Assembly: GCA_001770205.1 (NCBI GenBank)
Contig: MEQL01000056.1
Coordinates: 1 to 64,000 of the forward strand
From: Bdellovibrionales bacterium RIFOXYD12_FULL_39_22
GTDB taxonomy: Bacteria > Bdellovibrionota > Bacteriovoracia > Bacteriovoracales > Bacteriovoracaceae
Reading direction: 5' to 3'
Length of the DNA: 64,000 bases
The notes beneath the pieces are model-generated. The model was not told the DNA's origin and did no database searches. It saw only the letters and a program-made list of their open reading frames with translations. Below, one piece after another: positions 8,471 to 18,176 of the stretch (position 1 is its first letter; every line of letters starts with the position of its first letter). The position numbers and the translations under genes were made by a program.

Positions 8471-9706
8471 TTATATTGAAATCAACTGCCCATCATTTTC
8501 GAAGATTTCACACGGGGTGCCACCATCAATTAACTCAATCTTCCCGGCAAGTTCTTTCACAATGGCCAAAGAAGCGTACATTTCAAAAATTTGCAGACTA
8601 TTTTTAATATATAAAATGCGCCACTCGTCGGCAGAACGAGGGCCACAAGCGGCCATTGCCACGTCTACTGCTTGCTGATCATTTTCTTCTATTAACGGAA
8701 TTTTTACGCGATCGTAAAAGAGACTGGTTTTGACATTAGCATACATGGCCTGAAAATTAATTTTATTAAAAAGATTGCGAGTGATAACGTCAGCAAGACC
8801 GATTCCAATAGCGTTTCCATGGGAGGCGGCAGTTATGTCGGTTACTACAATCTTGTTAATATTGGGAGTGGTCGGTTCTGGTGCTCCGCGAATCATTAGG
8901 CGTCCAATAATATTTGGATCCATTCCAGTACCGCTAATATTTTTTCCAAGCTCCTTTACAATGAGCAGGTCCAGATTTTTAACTGGAAGCGAAGGCATAA
9001 AGGAAAAGGCCGCTTGTAAAAGCTTGGGCTCTTCTTGCATCAAATCCTTGGCCGCGATGGCGCGTATGATAACTGGGTGGTCTAGTTGATTTTCGACAAT
9101 GGCCAATCCCATAATGATTTTTTTTGTATTAATTATTGCTTCTGCCGTTTTGGGCATAAGAGCGGCCAGCCCTTCAATGCCAAAGCGATGCAGCTCCTCG
9201 GCACCTTTGTGTTTGCCAAGTCCTATGGCCATCATTTTGATAATTCCGCTTTCATATTGGCCATGGAAGTCGGTGTGGGGTTTGATGCGATTTACAATAA
9301 TTACCCCATCAGATTCATAGGATAGCTTATCCATAAAAATTTTATTTTTTAAAGAAGAGGAAATTTCCACTACTTCCATACTTGAACGAATGGGAACTCC
9401 CATAGACTCTTCGGTAATGCCTAATTCTTTTAAAATTTCAATTTGTCCTGCGGCCGTCGCTCCTCCGTGACTTCCCATGGCCGGAACAATAAAAGGTTTT
9501 GCCCCTAACTCTAAAATAGTATCAATGGTCGCTTTTAGAATTTTGGGGATATCACAAATTCCGCGACTACCTGTGGCAATCGCAATGGTAGCACCAGGCC
9601 GAATTAATATTGCGTGGGCCAGAATTTCTTGTTTTACGTGGGCCATTATATCGGAGATATGGGCATCATTAAATTTTTGACGAATTTTTATAAGTTTTAT
9701 GGCCAT
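8471..9706 (-). CDS. lactate racemase (LarA/DUF2088) domain-containing protein
   Basis: GSRGI, PAMGSHGGAT, NRIKPHTDF, IGLGKHKGA, GKNISGTGMDPNIIGR. Confidence 0.75.
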   Translation of the reverse strand: MAIKLIKIRQKFNDAHISDIMAHVKQEILAHAILIRPGATIAIATGSRGICDIPKILKATIDTILELGAKPFIVPAMGSHGGATAAGQIEILKELGITEESMGVPIRSSMEVVEISSSLKNKIFMDKLSYESDGVIIVNRIKPHTDFHGQYESGIIKMMAIGLGKHKGAEELHRFGIEGLAALMPKTAEAIINTKKIIMGLAIVENQLDHPVIIRAIAAKDLMQEEPKLLQAAFSFMPSLPVKNLDLLIVKELGKNISGTGMDPNIIGRLMIRGAPEPTTPNINKIVVTDITAASHGNAIGIGLADVITRNLFNKINFQAMYANVKTSLFYDRVKIPLIEENDQQAVDVAMAACGPRSADEWRILYIKNSLQIFEMYASLAIVKELAGKIELIDGGTPCEIFENDGQLISI

Positions 9707-9744
9707 AGTTTAATATAGTCCGGCCTCTGCCTTGTCTGCGCTAA

Positions 9745-10722
9745 CTAGTTGACGACCGAGAGTGGTTTATTATTTAAAAAAGCAGCAAGATTATCTACTA
9801 ACATTTCGATTAGAAGCGATCTAGCATCCAAACTGGCCCAGGCAATATGCGGAGTAAGAATACAATTGGGGGCCGACAGGAGAGGATTGTTTGCGTCAGG
9901 TGGTTCTGCTTGCAAAACATCTAATCCCGCGCCGGCAATAATCCCGCTAGAAAGAGCTTTTGCCAAATCTGCTTCATGTACCAGCGGGCCGCGGCCGGTG
10001 TTTATTAAAAGAGCTGATCTTTTCATTTTGCTCAAATTTTGCGAATTTATTATTTCACGAGTTTCATCAGTAAGTGGACAATGCAATGTAAGCACATCAC
10101 TTTGTCGAAACAATTCATCGATGCTAACTAATTTAATGCCTCTTTTTTTAAGATTATCGTGGCGTGGATCGTTAGCATTAACGTCATACGCCAATACTTG
10201 CATACCGAAGGCCAAGGCCACTTCGGCTACCGCTTTGCCGATATTGCCAAATCCTAATATCCCCATCTGTTTTTTATACAAATCAAGTTGAGGAGTAATC
10301 CAGTAACAAAAATCTAAACTTTTTCCCCATTCTCCCTTTCGCACTGATTGATCATGCGCACCCACATGGCGGGCCAGCTCAAAGATCAGGGCAAAAACCA
10401 ACTGAGTTACTGAAGGAGTGCTATAATTGGAAACGTTAGTAACAACTATATTTTTTTCTCTAGTATATTTAAGATCAATAACGTTATATCCAGTGGCCAT
10501 CACACTGATGTATTTTAATTTTGGAAGTTGATCGATAACTTTTTTATTAAAAACAACTTTGCTGGTAAAAATAATATCGGCATTTTTGGCGCGTTCCACA
10601 ACATCTTGAGGGCCAGTACGATCATAAACTACTACTTCTCCAAATTTCTTTAGAGGATCCCAGGAGAGATCTCCCGGATTAATGGTATGCCCATCTAAAA
10701 TTACCATTTGTAATTTATTCAC
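9745..10722 (-). CDS. D-2-hydroxyacid dehydrogenase (glycerate dehydrogenase/hydroxypyruvate reductase-like)
   Basis: NPGDLSW, ATGYNVID, GFGNIG, LHCPLT, INTGRG, GLDV..EP, TPHIAW. Confidence 0.92.
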   Translation of the reverse strand: MNKLQMVILDGHTINPGDLSWDPLKKFGEVVVYDRTGPQDVVERAKNADIIFTSKVVFNKKVIDQLPKLKYISVMATGYNVIDLKYTREKNIVVTNVSNYSTPSVTQLVFALIFELARHVGAHDQSVRKGEWGKSLDFCYWITPQLDLYKKQMGILGFGNIGKAVAEVALAFGMQVLAYDVNANDPRHDNLKKRGIKLVSIDELFRQSDVLTLHCPLTDETREIINSQNLSKMKRSALLINTGRGPLVHEADLAKALSSGIIAGAGLDVLQAEPPDANNPLLSAPNCILTPHIAWASLDARSLLIEMLVDNLAAFLNNKPLSVVN

Positions 10723-11879
10723 AGATCAATCACCCCATTATAGGCCATTTGAAAAATAGCGGTGGCATCTTTCAAAGTGACTTCTCGGGGGTTGTTATTT
10801 AAGAGGCGAGTAACCTTCATGGCACTTTCGGCCATATGGGGAATGGCATTTTCGGGGATGCCAAGCTCTTTAAGGCCGGCAGGAATTTTACAGGCGTTAG
10901 AGAGTTCTTTTATTTTCATGATCGCCTTGCGGGCAATTTTTTCATCCGCGCAGTCACAATTAATTCCAAGAGCATTTCCAATATTTTTATATTTTTCCAC
11001 ACAAGAAGGAAGATTAAAACTCATAACAAATGGCAAAAGTACGGAGTTTGAAACGCCATGAGAAATTTTAAATTCACCACCCAATGGATAGGCGAGCGCA
11101 TGAACTGCGGCAGTATTTACTGGCCCCAAGGCCAATCCGCCATAGAGGCTTCCAAGTGCACAGGCAGTTCGGGCGTTAAGATCATCACCATGGGTAACGG
11201 CGCGTTCTAAATTGGCCGCCAGCAAGCGCACCCCCTCAATAACAAGATTGTCAATTATGGGGTGAGAAAATTTATTTGTGTAGGTTTCTATACAGTGGGT
11301 CATCGCATCCATACCGGTCGCGGCAGTAACTGCCGGAGGTAGAGATAACGTTAGTGCCGGATCTACAATGGCCACATCAGGGACGAGGTATTTACTTACT
11401 ACTCCTTTTTTTAATTTATTTGCCACATCAGTTAGAACGGCAATGGGAGTAACTTCGCTACCAGTTCCGGAAGTAGTCGACACGGTGATAAGTTTTACAT
11501 TTCGTCGCTTGACCTGATCGATACCAATAACTTCTGTAATTTTTTGTTCGCGCGAAAAAAGCACTGCCACTAATTTGGCCAGATCCATGGCCGAACCACC
11601 ACCGACTCCCACGACACAATCCGGAGCAAAATTAGAAACGCCACTTAAAAGTTTTTCTAATGCTTCGAAGGGAGGCTCTGGCACAACTTCATTGGAGACA
11701 AGGATTTCTTTACCATGTCCTTTTAATTCATCAATAAGAGGTTTAATGGTGGACATGATTGGAGGATCGGCCAAAAAATAGATACGTTTATTATCTTTTA
11801 GGTGCGTGGCCAGCGTTTTTACTTTGCCCACTCCAAATTCAATTACCGATGGCCAATTTAAAGTGATATTTGCAATCAT
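10719..11879 (-). CDS. iron-containing alcohol dehydrogenase
   Basis: GGGSAMD, TTSGTGSEVT, DAMTHCIE, HALAYPLG..F..SHG metal ligands. Confidence 0.92.
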   Translation of the reverse strand: MIANITLNWPSVIEFGVGKVKTLATHLKDNKRIYFLADPPIMSTIKPLIDELKGHGKEILVSNEVVPEPPFEALEKLLSGVSNFAPDCVVGVGGGSAMDLAKLVAVLFSREQKITEVIGIDQVKRRNVKLITVSTTSGTGSEVTPIAVLTDVANKLKKGVVSKYLVPDVAIVDPALTLSLPPAVTAATGMDAMTHCIETYTNKFSHPIIDNLVIEGVRLLAANLERAVTHGDDLNARTACALGSLYGGLALGPVNTAAVHALAYPLGGEFKISHGVSNSVLLPFVMSFNLPSCVEKYKNIGNALGINCDCADEKIARKAIMKIKELSNACKIPAGLKELGIPENAIPHMAESAMKVTRLLNNNPREVTLKDATAIFQMAYNGVIDL

Positions 11880-11940
11880 AACTTACCTGCCTCTAATTAT
11901 TTATATAATATTTCAAAGATTCCTTAGTAATGTAGTACTG

Positions 11941-13197
11941 CTACTTATGCAGATTATTTGCGCTAATAAAAGGAATTCCACTTTGGGTCAGACGTTTCGC
12001 AGTATTGTTAACAGCATCGTGTTTGTCTAAGTAGTTTTGCTCCAACGCTTCCATTAGGCCACCTTTTACAACATCTGTTTTGGCCATAAAATAATCCAAG
12101 ATATCTGAGGGGTGTTGCCGATTAATTTCTGTTGTAGGCAGTCCGCCTTCATGTTTAGCACTGATGTTCCTTACTTTTTTCGCTAGAGTCATTAATTCTT
12201 CTGTTCGATCATATGGTTGACGTACAATGCTCTTGTAGGCCTCCGTGATGTGATGTTCAAAACGGACAAAATCTTCAAATCCTAGCTCTTCTCGAATGGT
12301 GGAGCAAATTTCGATATTTTGATTATTGATAGAGTTAGAGAAATTAAAACCAATGAGAGGAGTTGATCCATCGTTGCGAGAGAACATTTTCGCATTCATC
12401 AACGTGGCCATAACCGAGTATGGGTTGTCATTACCCATGAATACCGAAATTTTAAATTCCATATCTATACCCAATTTATGAGTCAGATATCCCAACAAAA
12501 TAGTTCCAGGATTAACATTCAACGCTTGTTTCATTCCATAGTTGGTATAGTAGTACAAATATTCATCGACCCACTTCAGAGCGTAATCATTTGGCTGGCC
12601 AACACCGCCAAAATATCCGGTGATGGTGGCCGGGCCGCCGAGATGAACATTGGAGCCATCGGCCCCTTTGGTATCTAGTGTTTCTACCCAGGTAGCTCCG
12701 ATAATATCCATGGCCGCCGAAACAGCAACCAGATCTCCTTGATCTGCCTCTTGCTCTTTCATCATGCGCACACGAATGTATCGTCCAGGCATAATTTCTT
12801 TATTGGCGATGGCCTTTTTGGCCTGTGTGATTAACCACGGGAAATACTGTAGGGCACTTACTTCCAACGTAACGGCGTACTCTTTGTCAAATTTAGTTTT
12901 AGCAAAATTTTTACCTAAAATATTTTGACGATATTCATCAATAGAAACAAAAGTATTTTTTTCTCGCTGCTCAATTAGCCAATCAAGATCTTTCAAATAA
13001 GGAGATTTGATTTTTTTTAATTTGGCAATTTTGTTTTCAAATTTTGCATTTTCTTTTGCCTTAGCATTAATCTCTTTTACGCTGCCATATTTTTCAATAA
13101 TCTCGATTAAATTATCGATGGCCGGGTTATTTTTCTTAGTCAAAAATTTATTAAATTCACCCAGAAAATGCTCATTGATTTTTAGTTTTGCTTTCAT
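11941..13197 (-). CDS. conserved hypothetical protein (418 aa) inside the operon
   Basis: Long ORF with SD (GGGGAG), 18-nt gap to the upstream gene; enzyme-like motifs ETLDTKGADGSNVHLGG, FEHH, SAKHEGG; no family recognised. Confidence 0.85.
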   Translation of the reverse strand: MKAKLKINEHFLGEFNKFLTKKNNPAIDNLIEIIEKYGSVKEINAKAKENAKFENKIAKLKKIKSPYLKDLDWLIEQREKNTFVSIDEYRQNILGKNFAKTKFDKEYAVTLEVSALQYFPWLITQAKKAIANKEIMPGRYIRVRMMKEQEADQGDLVAVSAAMDIIGATWVETLDTKGADGSNVHLGGPATITGYFGGVGQPNDYALKWVDEYLYYYTNYGMKQALNVNPGTILLGYLTHKLGIDMEFKISVFMGNDNPYSVMATLMNAKMFSRNDGSTPLIGFNFSNSINNQNIEICSTIREELGFEDFVRFEHHITEAYKSIVRQPYDRTEELMTLAKKVRNISAKHEGGLPTTEINRQHPSDILDYFMAKTDVVKGGLMEALEQNYLDKHDAVNNTAKRLTQSGIPFISANNLHK

Positions 13198-13215
13198 GTT
13201 CGATTGCTCCCCAGT

Positions 13216-14679
13216 TTATTTGAAGTAAGTATCATTTACGTACTGATACGATTTGTTGATAACGGCAATATTTTGCTCAATAAGGTGCTTTTTCTTAAAA
13301 TTGTGTTTTATTAGTTCTAACAAGTGGTTGAGTTCAAACGCCTTGGTTGCGGCAATAAAGGCCGTAACGGCGGCCATGTTTGCTGCGGCCATAACACCCA
13401 AAGATTCGGCAATTTCATTCATTGGAATATATATTTTCTTTACATCATTTCGCTTGGTGTATTCCTCTTTAACCACCGAAGAATTGATGATTATAAGGCC
13501 ATCTTTTTTTACAGTCGGGCCAAACTCTTCTAAGCTTGGGCCGTTCATGGCAATTAGGGCCGAGGGGTGTTCCACCATGGGTGAACCAATCTCTTTATTG
13601 GATAAAACGACGTTACAGTTGGCGGTTCCTCCGCGCATTTCGGGCCCGTAGGAGGGAAGCCAAGTTACATTTAGGCCCGTTTCCATCCCTAAATAACCAA
13701 TTGTTGTTCCGGCCAACAATACACCTTGTCCACCGAAACCAGCAATTTTGATGTTTTGATCTTTAAAATTATCTAAAAACTTTTGATCCTTTTTAAAAAG
13801 GCGTACATCTTTGTTCACTCCCAAAACTTCGATAATTTTTTTGTTATCAGGAGTTGTCACTCGAGGGGGATATGGTTGATGCTCAGCAATTTTGTCTTTA
13901 AAGTTTTGAATAGGGAAATATTTGGCCATCTCATCATTAACGCGTTTTACCGCATCAGTTGGTTTCATCTTCCAACCAATTGGACAGGCCGACAAAATTT
14001 CCACAAAGGAAAATCCATGGCCATCTTTTTGTGATTGCAGTGCTTTGCGAATGGCCTTGCGTGCCTTCATGATGTTTTTGGAATCACTAACTGCCACTCG
14101 CTCCACGAAAACAGGGGCCTCTAGTGTAGCAATAATTTCGGCCATGCGCATTGGGTGGCCCGCATCACGAATATCTCTCCCGTAAGGGGAAGTAGAGGTA
14201 ACTTGTCCTTCTAGCGTAGTGGGTGCCATTTGTCCGCCCGTCATTCCGTAAATTCCGTTGTTAACAAAAATTACTGTCATATCTTCCCCGCGATTGGCCG
14301 CGTGAATGATCTCGGCAGTACCAATTGCTCCGAGGTCGCCATCGCCCTGATAGCTTATAGTAATGGAACCAGGGTTGCTGCGGCCAACGCCGGTGGCCAC
14401 CGCAGGAGCGCGGCCATGCGCCGCCTGTAAATTTCCGCAATCAAAGTAGTAGTAGGCAAAAACTGTACAACCAACTGGAGAGATTAGAATAGTTTTGTCG
14501 CCAATTTCTAAATCTGCCATTGCTTCTGCAATTAATTTATGAACGCGGCCATGGCCACAACCTGGGCAGTAGTGAGTAACTTTGGGAAATTTGCCTGGCT
14601 TTCGGACAAAGTCTTCAACAAAGCCAGCAGGTTTTGAGATGGTGTCGCTTTTGGTTTTAGTTTCTTCTGTTGTGCTCAT
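13216..14679 (-). CDS. 2-oxoacid:ferredoxin oxidoreductase, fused beta (TPP-binding) and gamma subunits (Vor/Kor type)
   Basis: YCPGCGHG, HGRAPAVATG, GDGD..IG TPP motif, GMTGGQ; then AGFGGQGV, PSYGPEMRGG gamma motifs. Confidence 0.92.
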   Translation of the reverse strand: MSTTEETKTKSDTISKPAGFVEDFVRKPGKFPKVTHYCPGCGHGRVHKLIAEAMADLEIGDKTILISPVGCTVFAYYYFDCGNLQAAHGRAPAVATGVGRSNPGSITISYQGDGDLGAIGTAEIIHAANRGEDMTVIFVNNGIYGMTGGQMAPTTLEGQVTSTSPYGRDIRDAGHPMRMAEIIATLEAPVFVERVAVSDSKNIMKARKAIRKALQSQKDGHGFSFVEILSACPIGWKMKPTDAVKRVNDEMAKYFPIQNFKDKIAEHQPYPPRVTTPDNKKIIEVLGVNKDVRLFKKDQKFLDNFKDQNIKIAGFGGQGVLLAGTTIGYLGMETGLNVTWLPSYGPEMRGGTANCNVVLSNKEIGSPMVEHPSALIAMNGPSLEEFGPTVKKDGLIIINSSVVKEEYTKRNDVKKIYIPMNEIAESLGVMAAANMAAVTAFIAATKAFELNHLLELIKHNFKKKHLIEQNIAVINKSYQYVNDTYFK

Positions 14680-14721
14680 ATAGATTCCTTATTCATTCAT
14701 GATTCATTCAAGATTAAATTT

Positions 14722-15780
14722 TTATCCAATATATTTTTTATAAAACCCTGAGATCTGCTCGATCAATTCATCATGAGTGGGAACGGCCCCGCCCATTCGT
14801 CCATAATACTCTACCGGCCGTTTGCCATTTACTGCCAGACGAACATCATCAACCATCTGGCCGTTAGAAAGTTCTAAGGCCACAAATAATTTAGCGTGAT
14901 CGGCATGTTTTAAGATCTGTTTTTTGGGGAAAGGAAAAAGAGTGATAGGCCTAAAGAGCCCGATTTTTATTCCCTTGCTGCGCAAATCATTTACTACGCT
15001 GCGGGCCAGACGGGAGGAGATTCCATAGGCGACAATAATCATCTCTGCATCGTCAGTCATATATTCGGAAAAGCGGACTTCTTTTTCTTCAATCTCCTTA
15101 TATTTTTTTTGTAAAACAACATTTACCTTTTCCATTTCAATAGTATTCATCTGAATTGAGGTAACGAGATTGTGCTTACTCTCTTTGTCTCCATAGATGG
15201 CCCACTCTTTTTTGGCCACCGGCAGTACTTCACTTGGAAACTCGACTGGCTCCATTACTTGGCCTATGTAGGCATCTGCCAAAACATAAACGGGAGTGCG
15301 GTATTTATCGGCCAATTCAAAGGCCAAAATGGTGTGGTCACACATTTCCTGTGGACAATTAGGGGCCAGCACAGGACATTTATAACTGCCATGTCCCCCA
15401 CCTTTCACCACTTGATTATAATCACTTTGTTCGGGCCAAATATTTCCTAGTCCTGGCCCTGCACGCATGATGTCGATGATGACTACCGGAAGTTCGGCAC
15501 TGGCCATATAGGAGACGCCCTCTTGTTTCAAACTTATCCCTGGACTAGAAGATGCGGTCATAACTCTTCTGCCAGCAGCGGCAGCGCCATAGCACATATT
15601 GATGGATGCTACTTCACTTTCTGCTTGCAAAAATCCTGCTCCTACCAAAGGAAAAAGTTGGGCACAGGCGTGTACAATTTCGCTAGAAGGGGTGATGGGG
15701 TAGCCAAAGTAAAAACTGCAACCGGCCAGCAGTGCAGCTTTCGAAATGGCCTCGTTCCCTTTAATAAACTCTCGTTTCAT
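14722..15780 (-). CDS. vorB: 2-oxoacid:ferredoxin oxidoreductase alpha subunit (VorB-like)
   Basis: KGNEA, GYPITPSSE, QAESE, SSSPGISLKQE, RAGPGLGNI, GGGHG. Confidence 0.88.
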   Translation of the reverse strand: MKREFIKGNEAISKAALLAGCSFYFGYPITPSSEIVHACAQLFPLVGAGFLQAESEVASINMCYGAAAAGRRVMTASSSPGISLKQEGVSYMASAELPVVIIDIMRAGPGLGNIWPEQSDYNQVVKGGGHGSYKCPVLAPNCPQEMCDHTILAFELADKYRTPVYVLADAYIGQVMEPVEFPSEVLPVAKKEWAIYGDKESKHNLVTSIQMNTIEMEKVNVVLQKKYKEIEEKEVRFSEYMTDDAEMIIVAYGISSRLARSVVNDLRSKGIKIGLFRPITLFPFPKKQILKHADHAKLFVALELSNGQMVDDVRLAVNGKRPVEYYGRMGGAVPTHDELIEQISGFYKKYIG

Positions 15781-15812
15781 AAGGCGCTCCTACGTTAAAA
15801 CTTGCAATGAAT

Positions 15813-16049
15813 TTAAACTTTATTTTTTATTTTTTTATAAACGGTTATAGTTCCTGGCTCTGGGCAGGCATAAAAACAGATGCCACATCCTGTGCAATCT
15901 TTGCCAGAATATTCGGCCACCAGATAACCAAATTGATTAATTTTTTTAGACATGAAAAGACATTTTTTGGGACACTCGATAACGCATAGTTCACAGCCTT
16001 TGCATTGATCAAAAGAGATCTCTACGCGCGGAGTTGTTGCTTCTTCCAT
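15813..16049 (-). CDS. 2x[4Fe-4S] ferredoxin (oxidoreductase delta subunit)
   Basis: CKGCELCVIECP and CTGCGICFYACPEP; first gene of the operon. Confidence 0.93.
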   Translation of the reverse strand: MEEATTPRVEISFDQCKGCELCVIECPKKCLFMSKKINQFGYLVAEYSGKDCTGCGICFYACPEPGTITVYKKIKNKV

Positions 16050-16144
16050 TGATCCTCCAGAGAAAGAAATTGAAAAGTATCAAAACATTTAGCGAGTTGG
16101 ACTTGAAACGATATAAAAACTGAATCTATTTGGCAATAGAGGAG

Positions 16145-17008
16145 TTAAAAATCAGAAATATTGCGAACTAGGCCGGGAAAATCGATGAAGGGATTGCGGT
16201 TTCCTTGGGCCATCATAACTTCATCATTACGCTCTACTTCATCCGCATCGACCGGATCTTCTTCATGCCACTTTTTCAGAAAATATTCTTGGGTTTGATC
16301 GATATTCATGTTGTAGCGAACGGAAAAATAAAAGAGTGCGCGCGCCACATTTCCCTTATGCTCATTTGGGGGTTCAAAATAGTGTTCCGATCGACTTCCT
16401 CCATTAATGGGGGCACCTAGATGTGAAGCGCTACAGTCGGCCTTTACTCCTGGCCCGTTAACTTCCGCAAAAGGGAAATTGCCACGGATGCTATTGGCCT
16501 GGTTATCTGTAGGGAAGAGGTGGTGAAGGTCAGAAACTTGTGCAATTTTTGATTCGCGAACATTGAATTTGCTCTGAGGCCAGGTATGTTCGCAATTTAT
16601 TACGTTGCTTTCTGGAATTCGCATATCTCCGAGGCTGGAATGAGGACGAAAATCATCGTTAGTATAGATCTTACGGCAATACACGTCTTGTATGTAGTAC
16701 CCTGCTTGCGGATCACGACGCAGGTGAAGCTTTCCAAAGAGAAACTGCCGGGCGCGATCATATCCCAGTGGGGTATGTTGATAGCATCCGCTGCTACTTG
16801 GGCAACCATCTGCCAAAATGTCAGTAGAATTTTCTTGGACGATATGTTTTTTTAGGAGGACATCTTTGATTGCTTGGCGGAGGTCGTTGTTGGACAGGGA
16901 GCTGTTTTCAAAAGCGGCCTGGTATTCTGCCGGATAGTAAGAGTTGTTTGCGAATGCTGTGCTTAGCAGTGATGCGACTAATAACAATCCGTGCATTAGT
17001 AGTTTCAA
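16145..17008 (-). CDS. secreted endonuclease I family nuclease
   Basis: NCEHTWPQS, SDLHHLFP, NSIRGN, KGNVARALFYF, W...DP.D..E..RN, QGNRNPFID; signal peptide; TTG start at 17008 chosen from GGAGG SD. Confidence 0.9.
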   Translation of the reverse strand: MKLLMHGLLLVASLLSTAFANNSYYPAEYQAAFENSSLSNNDLRQAIKDVLLKKHIVQENSTDILADGCPSSSGCYQHTPLGYDRARQFLFGKLHLRRDPQAGYYIQDVYCRKIYTNDDFRPHSSLGDMRIPESNVINCEHTWPQSKFNVRESKIAQVSDLHHLFPTDNQANSIRGNFPFAEVNGPGVKADCSASHLGAPINGGSRSEHYFEPPNEHKGNVARALFYFSVRYNMNIDQTQEYFLKKWHEEDPVDADEVERNDEVMMAQGNRNPFIDFPGLVRNISDF

Positions 17009-17232
17009 GAAAGGCCTCCAAGGAAAAGGGTTAAGAAGGTTCAAACTCGTAAAAAACTATAACGCCGCCGCATCAGTTTGGCTAATATTTTTTATTACCG
17101 GAGCTAATTTATTTTCGACGTTTTTTAATTTAGTCATAGACGAAATATGTCGCATTCTGTAAGGTACGGCCACTTTGATTACATGGTTGCATGGTTACGT
17201 TCGTAAAAGTAAATCTTAAAAAAGAGGTAAAT

Positions 17233-17640
17233 ATGAAAGCACTCATTTTTGTTTTTTTGGTATTAGTCTCCAGTACCTTTATTAATTCTGCTTTTGCTAC
17301 CCCGGTTAGCTGCATAGGAAATTTAACCTATAATTTTTCCGTCGATAGTGTTGCGTATTCCATAAATCTCGATCAGACAGAGGTCAGAAGCTTTGGTAGT
17401 GATCACCTCGCCAACAGTATTCAGATAATCAAAGCGCTGTTGCAGATGAAAGAGTGTGAAAAAACGGATGTCAACTTTATGAAGACTCCTCTTGGCCGTA
17501 ACTCCTATTCACGTTGTCGTCAAATTTTAGATAATAATGATAATTCTCGCGCCTGCTTCGTAGAAAGCAGTATTGGCTACTTTTTTGTTACCTGGGATTT
17601 TCTCTCTCGCGCCCACGTTATCTATAATCGCTGGGACTAG
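17233..17640 (+). CDS. hypothetical secreted protein
   Basis: SD GAGG, signal peptide MKALIFVFLVLVSS..AFA, four Cys. Confidence 0.75.
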   Translation: MKALIFVFLVLVSSTFINSAFATPVSCIGNLTYNFSVDSVAYSINLDQTEVRSFGSDHLANSIQIIKALLQMKECEKTDVNFMKTPLGRNSYSRCRQILDNNDNSRACFVESSIGYFFVTWDFLSRAHVIYNRWD

Positions 17641-17679
17641 TTATTAGGGATTATTGATTATTGTCTATAGGAGAGAAAA

Positions 17680-18123
17680 ATGAAATTTTCATTTATAATA
17701 GCTTCGGTGATCTTTCTTTGCTCTTGTTCGCACTATGATCTAGGTCGCGAGGAGTGTCAAAGTATTAGCTGGGAGACGCGTGGATTAGAAGATGGAGAGT
17801 CCGGACTTGTTTTAGAAAACTTTGAAAAATATAGAATTAGTTGTCAACAACACCAAGTTACCCCTAATAAAGTTTTATATGAAAATGGATACAACGCTGG
17901 TATCAAATTATACTGTTCTGATACCAACATCGAAGAATTGGCCCGAAAAGGGGGATTTAATCCAATTTGTAAAAAAATTGATAACTTGTTTTTAGAAAAA
18001 TTCTCCAATCGGCGAATAAAAATTCTGGAAGAACAAATTTCCGCATTGACAGGCGAAGTTAGCAATCTTCGGGGACAATTAAGCAGTGCCGAGGCCCGAG
18101 CGAATGCATGTACTTGTCCGTGA
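17680..18123 (+). CDS. DUF2799-like lipoprotein with C-terminal coiled coil
   Basis: Lipobox-like LCSC; EECQSISWETRGLEDG..G and Y..GY..G...YC pattern. Confidence 0.7.
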   Translation: MKFSFIIASVIFLCSCSHYDLGREECQSISWETRGLEDGESGLVLENFEKYRISCQQHQVTPNKVLYENGYNAGIKLYCSDTNIEELARKGGFNPICKKIDNLFLEKFSNRRIKILEEQISALTGEVSNLRGQLSSAEARANACTCP

Positions 18124-18176
18124 TGAGCATCTCACCTTTTTAAAATTTAGAGGGCCGGAACCCCAAAGGAGTTATT

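Noticed and set aside
14690..14715. Short tandem ATTCATTCA repeat between OFOR genes
   Set aside because: Two copies of low-complexity sequence; no functional support.
16070..16083. FNR-like box TTGAT-ACTT-TTCAA (minus strand) upstream of the anaerobic operon
   Set aside because: One mismatch in AT-rich DNA and only 21-34 nt from the start codon, too close for a -41.5 activator site; unsupported without conservation data.
18118..18126. TGA TGA after CTCP as possible selenocysteine readthrough
   Set aside because: Tandem stops, no SECIS-like hairpin and no continuing ORF.
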